Shown: positions 58,716-64,000 of the stretch, in pieces
Numbering within the stretch: position 1 is the first letter of the stretch
How the letters are laid out: each line of letters starts with the position of its first letter
Assembly (NCBI GenBank): GCA_037481835.1
Contig: JBBFKW010000006.1
Span: 32,001-96,000, forward strand
DNA length: 64,000 bases
DNA from: Desulfosoma sp.
GTDB taxonomy: Bacteria; Desulfobacterota; Syntrophobacteria; Syntrophobacterales; DSM-9756
Direction: 5' to 3'
The notes under the pieces: generated by a model
The model's input: the letters and a program-made list of their open reading frames with translations, nothing else
Told to the model about the DNA's origin: nothing
The model's database searches: none
Translations under genes and position numbers: made by a program

Positions 58716-59969
58716 ATGAAGAAATGGATCGGCCTGGTGAGTGTGGTCTTTTTCGCCGCAGGAGCGGCCCTTTACGCGGCAAGCCTGAGCGATGTGGAAG
58801 AACTGGGAAAACAGATCATGTTCGACCAAAAACTTTCCGTGCGTAACAACCAATCCTGCGCCAGCTGTCACGATCCCAAGGCGGGCTGGGCGGGCGGCGT
58901 GCCGGGGATCAATCTCAAGGGCGCCGTCTATCCCGGATCCATCCGCACGGCTTTCGGCAACCGAAAGCCCCCGTCCGCCTCCTACGCCACGGTGGCCCCT
59001 CGGCTTGATTACGATCCCGACGAAGGGCTTTTCTTCGGAGGCAATTTCTGGGACGGGCGGGCTACCGGCTGGGAGCTGGGGAATCCCGCGGCCGACCAAG
59101 CCCGGGGGCCTTTCCTCAACCCGGTGGAGCAGGCTCTGCCCTCTCCGGCCGATGTGGTCCAAAGGGTGTGCGCGTCCAAGTACGGCTGGCTGTTTATGGC
59201 GCTGTGGGGGGACGACGCCTGCGACAACATGACCAGGGGGTACAACGCTGTGGCCCTCTCCGTTGCCGCCTACGAGGCGTCACGGGAGGTGAACGCCTAC
59301 AGTTCCAAGTACGATGCCGTCCAGATGGGAAAAGCCGAATTCACGGACCAGGAGAGTTTGGGGCTGGAAGTCTTCGAAGGCAAAGGACGGTGCGCCGCCT
59401 GCCATGTCCTCGATCCCCAGACGGACGGCGCTCCTCGCGTTTTCACCGACTTTACCTACGACAACCTGGGCATCCCCAAAAATCTTAATAATCCCTTTTA
59501 CGCCACGGACCCGACTTTCGTAGACAAGGGCCTCGGGGACTTTCTCAGGAGCCTTGCCGGGGACGACTCCTGGAGGAGCGCTCCCTACGTGACGGAAAAC
59601 ATAGCCGCTCTGGACAACGAAACCTTGTACGAACTCGCCACCCAAAACGACGGCAAGTTCAAGGTGCCCTCTTTAAGGAATGTGGACCTGAGGCCCGGTC
59701 CGGGCTTTGTCAAAGCCTACGGGCATAACGGCTACTTCAAGTCCCTGGAATCCATCGTTCACTTCTACAACACCAGGGACGTGCTGCCGCGCTGTGAGAG
59801 CGACATGACCGACGCCCAAGCCATGAAAGCCGGCTGCTGGCCCGCTCCGGAATTTCCCGATAACGTGAACACGGACGAATTGGGCGACCTGGGACTTTCG
59901 CCCGAGGAAGAGGCCGCCCTCGTCGCGTTCCTGAAGACCCTCTCCGACGGCTACTTCAAACCCGAATAA
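58716..59969 (+). CDS. Diheme cytochrome c peroxidase / MauG-family protein
   Basis: Signal peptide; CASCH and CAACH; FWDGRA, QARGPFLNPVE, FKVPSLRNV, YGHNG, LVAFLKTL. Confidence 0.92.
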   Translation: MKKWIGLVSVVFFAAGAALYAASLSDVEELGKQIMFDQKLSVRNNQSCASCHDPKAGWAGGVPGINLKGAVYPGSIRTAFGNRKPPSASYATVAPRLDYDPDEGLFFGGNFWDGRATGWELGNPAADQARGPFLNPVEQALPSPADVVQRVCASKYGWLFMALWGDDACDNMTRGYNAVALSVAAYEASREVNAYSSKYDAVQMGKAEFTDQESLGLEVFEGKGRCAACHVLDPQTDGAPRVFTDFTYDNLGIPKNLNNPFYATDPTFVDKGLGDFLRSLAGDDSWRSAPYVTENIAALDNETLYELATQNDGKFKVPSLRNVDLRPGPGFVKAYGHNGYFKSLESIVHFYNTRDVLPRCESDMTDAQAMKAGCWPAPEFPDNVNTDELGDLGLSPEEEAALVAFLKTLSDGYFKPE

Positions 59970-59999
59970 GCCGACGGCCCCGCCTCCACCTCGTTCACT

Positions 60000-60304
60000 C
60001 CGCCCTGTGGGGGACTTCCGGCCCCACCTCCCCCCTCAGGGACATTTCAGGCTCCCTCTCCCCCTGTTCTGGAATCTTAGACGCCCTCTGCCCCTCTAGG
60101 GAATCTCAGACTCCCTCTCCCCTCGTTGGGGAATCCTAGACGCCCTCTGCCCCTCTGGGAAATCTCAGGCTCCCTCTCCCCCCTCTGGGGAATCCTAGAC
60201 GCCCTCTGCCCCTCTGGGAAATCTCAGGCTCCCTCTCCCCCCTCTGGGGAATTTTAGGCTCCCTCTCCCCCCTCTGGGGGGAGAGGGCCGGGGTGAGGGG
60301 GGGG
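60000..60304 (-). repeat. Palindromic element copy 12 with 29/30-bp array
   Basis: Element at 60261-60304; exact 59-bp dimer repeated at 60128-60186 and 60187-60245. Confidence 0.9.
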
Positions 60305-60370
60305 CCTTTCTCCTTTACGATTCCTTCTCAACCCTGAACCCATGACCCCCGCCGGAGGACCCGGCGCGCC

Positions 60371-60520
60371 ATGATCCCCCCGAGCCGCCTCTTCGCTGCC
60401 GGGCGCCGAACCGTTTCCCGGGATCTTCCCGACTTGGGCCGGTACATCCTCATCGGCCGCCTGAACACCGTCGTCGCCTTTTTGGGCAGCCGTCACATCG
60501 CCTTCTTCAGCAGAGGGGAA
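60371..60520 (+). pseudogene. Internally deleted GtrA-family remnant
   Basis: AGRR..RD....RYILIGRLNTVV joined directly to AFLGSRHIAF; matches the N- and C-terminal ends of the GtrA at 62230. Confidence 0.7.
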
Positions 60521-60596
60521 ACTTCCGGTGAAAGCCCCTCTTCTCCTGGAAGAGCGAAGAGCGGCGGCACGGTGAGGACGCAAGGAGGGGGGATGG

Positions 60597-60996
60597 CCCC
60601 CCTCACCCTACCCTCTCCCCCCAAAGGGGGGAGAGGGTAATAAACACAGTTAGACGCAGAGCCGCTCTTAGCCCCGACCGTTGCCTCTCGCTTCCCTTTG
60701 GGGGGAGAGGGTAACAAGCACCTCTCTCCCCCCTTTGGGGGACGAGGGCAATAAACACCTCTCGCTTCCCTTTGGGGGAGAGGGGAATAAGCACATTTAA
60801 ATGTAGAGCGGATCTTAGCCCCTACCTTTCCCTCTCGCCCCAATGTGAGGAGAGGGGGATACACACAGTTAGAGGCAGAGCCGCTTTTAGCCCCGACCGT
60901 TGCCTCTCTCCCCAAGGGAGAAGAGAGGGGCAAAGTTCATTATACGTAGAGCCATTATGAGCCCCTCCCCTTCCGTCTCCCCAAAGGGGGAAAGGG
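60597..60996 (+). repeat. Palindromic element copy 13 with ~36/75-bp degenerate array
   Basis: Element at 60597-60637; ACACAGTTAGAnGCAGAGCCGCTnTTAGCCCCGACCGTTGCCTCTC recurs at ~60644 and ~60863. Confidence 0.85.
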
Positions 60997-61042
60997 AAAA
61001 AGGGTGAGGTGGTGGAGCACACTCGCGGGCGGAGAAGTCATC

Positions 61043-61320
61043 CTCCCTCTCCCCCTTCGGGGAATCTTGGGCTCCCTCCCCCCTTCGGGGAATTCCAGCG
61101 CCCCTCCACCCTTTGGCCGATTCCAGGCCCCCTCTCCCCTCCTTGGGAAATCTTAGACCACCTGTCCCCCCTCTGGGGATTTTTAGGCTCCCTCTCCCCC
61201 TCTTGGGAATTTTAGGCTCCCTCTGCCCCTCTGGGAAATCTTGGGCTCCCTCTCCCCCCCTTGGGGAATCTAAGACTCCCTCTCCCCCCTCTGGGGGGAG
61301 AGGGCCGGGGTGAGGGGGGG
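61043..61320 (-). repeat. Palindromic element copy 14 with ~30-bp array
   Basis: Element at 61278-61320; same unit family as the arrays at 58.3 and 60.1 kb. Confidence 0.88.
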
Positions 61321-61349
61321 CCTCGGTCCTCCGCCTGCTTCCCGGGGGG

Positions 61350-62060
61350 TTACGGCTTGTCGGCAAAACAGTACACCGTCAAGCCTGCCAAATCGTTTCC
61401 TTCGATCACCTTCAATTCCAACAAACACAATGCCTTGAAGAGCCCATTGAGGATCGGCGGCACCTCCCCAAGCTGAGACCGGGCCGTGTCTCGGCCCGCA
61501 ATTTTCCGACCCCACCGAGCCGCGGCAGCCATGGGCAGCACGGCGGCGAAATAATAGCCGGCTTTCTTTTCCTCCAACCCGGCATCCTTGACGACACGCC
61601 TCAATCCCGAAAGCGTATAGCGCCTCCGATGCCCCAAAAAGACATCATGGCCGCTCCAAAGGCGCGGAAAAGCCGGAACGGTGATAAAAAACCGTGTTCC
61701 CCTCTTGGCCCCGCCTGCAAGGCTCCTCAAAAAGGCAAGATCGTCATCCACGTGTTCGAGCACATCCATGAGAAGCACCAAGTCCCCTTCCAGCCTGTCC
61801 ATCCCGCGCCGGTAGTGGAGGACTTTGGGCCCGATGACCTCGTCGCACTCCGACGGATAGGCGGGATCAAGGCACCAGGCCTCCCGAGCCCCCGAGTGCT
61901 CGAGAAGATAGCGGGAGAAAAAGGCCGATCCGGCCCCCATGTCCACGATCGTTTCAGGGATTTTTCCTTGAAGAAGGACCATCATGGCCCGCGCTTTGGA
62001 CCCGTAATCCCAATGGTCTTCCAATCGCCCCTCCAGCAGGCCCGTTTCTTTGACGTCCAA
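61350..62060 (-). CDS. Class I SAM-dependent methyltransferase
   Basis: IVDMGAGSAFFS, LMDVLEHVDDD, ITVPAFPRLWSGHD..LGHRRRY; TTG start after AAGGAG. Confidence 0.85.
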   Translation of the reverse strand: MDVKETGLLEGRLEDHWDYGSKARAMMVLLQGKIPETIVDMGAGSAFFSRYLLEHSGAREAWCLDPAYPSECDEVIGPKVLHYRRGMDRLEGDLVLLMDVLEHVDDDLAFLRSLAGGAKRGTRFFITVPAFPRLWSGHDVFLGHRRRYTLSGLRRVVKDAGLEEKKAGYYFAAVLPMAAAARWGRKIAGRDTARSQLGEVPPILNGLFKALCLLELKVIEGNDLAGLTVYCFADKP

Positions 62061-62229
62061 GGCTTCCCCCTCTCCTTACCGCTCAGGCCCGTGCCAGGCT
62101 CTTTCCAGGCCCCGACAGCGCAAAAGGGCTTTTGCCATGAAAACCCCGTTGCCCCGGCGTAAAAGGCACGCTACTTTGTTCCCGCAATGGATGAGCGCCG
62201 CCACATTTCTTTTAGCGAAAAGACGCCTC

Positions 62230-62670
62230 ATGGACTTCTTGATCCGGATCGTCACCGCCGGCCGCCGATGGGCAGCACGGGACATCCCTTCCTTCAATCG
62301 ATACGTGCTCGTCGGCTTGGTCAATTCGGTCGTCGGCTACGGGGTCATCTTCGGGCTCCTCAGCCTTGGAGCAAACCCCTACCTGAGCAACGCCTCCGGT
62401 TACGCCGTGGGCATCACCGTTTCCTACATCCTGAACAAGCGCTTCAGTTTCCGATCCCGAAAACCCGACCGCACGGCCTTTCCCCTGTTCGTCGCCTCCC
62501 TCGCCGTCGCCTATCTCGCCAACCTGGCCGTGCTTTTCGCCCTGCTCCGGTGGGGCGCCGTAAACCCCTACCTGGCCCAACTTCTCGCCGGCGGGGTGTA
62601 CACCCTCGTCGGCTTCCTGGGAAGCCGATACATCGCCTTCGGGTCCAAGCACGTACAAAATGCGCCTTGA
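62230..62670 (+). CDS. GtrA-family membrane protein
   Basis: RYVLVGLVNSVVGY, SYILNKRFSF, four TM segments; start uncertain. Confidence 0.85.
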   Translation: MDFLIRIVTAGRRWAARDIPSFNRYVLVGLVNSVVGYGVIFGLLSLGANPYLSNASGYAVGITVSYILNKRFSFRSRKPDRTAFPLFVASLAVAYLANLAVLFALLRWGAVNPYLAQLLAGGVYTLVGFLGSRYIAFGSKHVQNAP

Positions 62671-62792
62671 ATCTCCTTTCCCCGGGCGTGATTCACACCG
62701 CACCCGAAGGAAGACCTTCCCCGTAAACGATAAGTGAAGAAGGTCCTACGCACCAACATCAGCCATACACTTTCGACCAGGATACTCTGAAT

Positions 62793-64000
62793 TCAATCCC
62801 CCGTAAGCGTCTTCAGTCGGGATAACGCCTGGGAGATCCCCTCAGGCGCGCTGTGAGGTGATTCCCTCACAGGACTGGGCCTCAAAACCAGCCAGGGATC
62901 GTCCCAGTAAATGACGATGTGACGCCCGTCGTTAAGGATGCCCTCCAAAGCTTGGAAATACTCAGTGCGGTCAACGTTCAGAAAAGCATCGAAAGAAACG
63001 AGCATACCTTGGCGACGTGTCCGCCACTCATCCGGGTAATGGAGGTTGTGCGTGGTGGGCTGTAGATACAGGATGATATATTCAGCCTCATCAACACCTT
63101 TAGGGAAAGGGAAAACCCTTTTTACGTGAGTAAAATGTGCAGCCACGTTGCCCTGGACGGAGATGGTCGCTTCCTGCCCAATGATCTCGCGGATTGAATC
63201 CACACGAGGATCAGGCTTCAGGGTCAGACTCCAGGGCCGCCAGAGATTGAGCGACCCCGGCAAAGGAAGAGGCGCCATGATATACCCGACACCGATGTTC
63301 ACGGCCAGAATGGCCGCGGCAAAAACCCCTGGCCGCACGTTGCGAAGCATTTCGGCGTATCGCCGGCAGCCGTACACGGCGGCACAGGCCAACACCGGCA
63401 CAAGGGTGGCCGTATGGTAAGCGGCGATTCCCCTCGGCATGGGAACCGCCGAGAGCAAGTTGGCGGCCAAATCCGCACAACCCGGCAGAAGGAAAGACGG
63501 AGCGGCCAGGGGCGCTCCAAAGAACAAGAGCAAGAGTCCCATGAGATATTTCGCGCCGCCGAAATGAATGAAAACGGTCTTTAGAACAAAGGGTAATCTT
63601 TTCAGCGTCCCAAAGATTATTTCGCCGACGGAATGTCCTAGCCAACTATACCGGCTGAAGTGGCCCATTCCTTCCGAAAGCATCAAATGCCTGCCGGTGG
63701 GGGAAAATGCAGGAATGATCCGCCCGAAAACCAAAAAAATGTGGAAGGCACCGAGGGTCACCAAGACGCTCCCCCGACCCCACTCCCTCCAGCGGATACC
63801 CCACAGGATGCCGAAGCCCGCAACGCAGAGGCCGAAATGCTCCTTACATAAAAGGATCACAACGGAGCATAGCACTAACAAACCAAAGCGTTTCCTTTCC
63901 ACAGCGAGAAAACCTGCGGCGATAAAAGGAACGGCCAATGTCTCGGCATGGAACGCCCATGGGACGGCGCTCAGGACGTAAGGGTTCACGAGAACCGCAA
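62793..64000 (-). CDS. DUF2079-like membrane glycosyltransferase-type protein, 5'-truncated by window edge
   Basis: FHAETLAVP, LLCKE, RYSWLG; multi-TM; visibly lower GC than the flanking genes. Confidence 0.6.
   Translation of the reverse strand, partial: AVLVNPYVLSAVPWAFHAETLAVPFIAAGFLAVERKRFGLLVLCSVVILLCKEHFGLCVAGFGILWGIRWREWGRGSVLVTLGAFHIFLVFGRIIPAFSPTGRHLMLSEGMGHFSRYSWLGHSVGEIIFGTLKRLPFVLKTVFIHFGGAKYLMGLLLLFFGAPLAAPSFLLPGCADLAANLLSAVPMPRGIAAYHTATLVPVLACAAVYGCRRYAEMLRNVRPGVFAAAILAVNIGVGYIMAPLPLPGSLNLWRPWSLTLKPDPRVDSIREIIGQEATISVQGNVAAHFTHVKRVFPFPKGVDEAEYIILYLQPTTHNLHYPDEWRTRRQGMLVSFDAFLNVDRTEYFQALEGILNDGRHIVIYWDDPWLVLRPSPVRESPHSAPEGISQALSRLKTLTGD

Noticed and set aside
45843..61320. Arrays as CRISPR
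   Set aside because: Cores are only ~10-12 nt and degenerate, inter-core segments within most arrays are related to each other, and there are no cas genes in the window
45692..61476. Many short ORFs containing PLTPALSP, PHPGPLP or GERAGVRG
   Set aside because: These are translations of the palindromic element, not genes (except the trpC terminus)
1..64000. tRNA, rRNA, prophage or integrase genes
   Set aside because: None recognised by eye; a tRNAscan/Infernal run would be needed to exclude small RNAs

Overview
GC-rich chromosomal window. The gene content (Qrc complex, rubrerythrin, flavodiiron protein, split glutamate synthase) suggests an anaerobic sulfate-reducing Desulfobacterota, possibly Syntrophobacterales-like; this is inference only. 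The first 45 kb is mostly housekeeping: pepN (partial), a perR-rbr-fprA-cydAB oxygen-defence cluster, qrcABCD, nadB, a large Alu-type SRP RNA, glnE, an MNT/truncated-HEPN pair, a three-gene glutamate synthase preceded by a candidate ANTAR dual-hairpin leader, murI, a HerA-like ATPase, Fe-ADH, an acyl-CoA ligase broken by one in-frame TAG, ybaK/pyrF, a five-gene glycosyl-glycerate (compatible solute)-like cluster and recD2. From 45.8 kb the character changes. Two tandem DUF559 (Vsr-like) endonuclease genes are each bracketed by inverted copies of a ~40-bp palindromic element (CCCCTCACCCnnnCCCTCTCCCC-loop-GGGGAGAGGG). I count 14 full copies between 45.9 and 61.4 kb and saw none in the first 45 kb. 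Most copies trail a polarised, progressively degenerate tandem array of 29-43-bp units. The elements have colonised an aroF-trpEGDCFBA operon, which has an unannotated WWCWWWC leader peptide and two tandem terminators, and one copy supplies the trpC stop codon. This nuclease-plus-palindrome-plus-array module is the best candidate for an undescribed system. The window ends with a diheme cytochrome c peroxidase, a GtrA remnant, a methyltransferase, GtrA and a partial DUF2079-like membrane protein. All family calls come from motif recognition by eye; no database searches were run.
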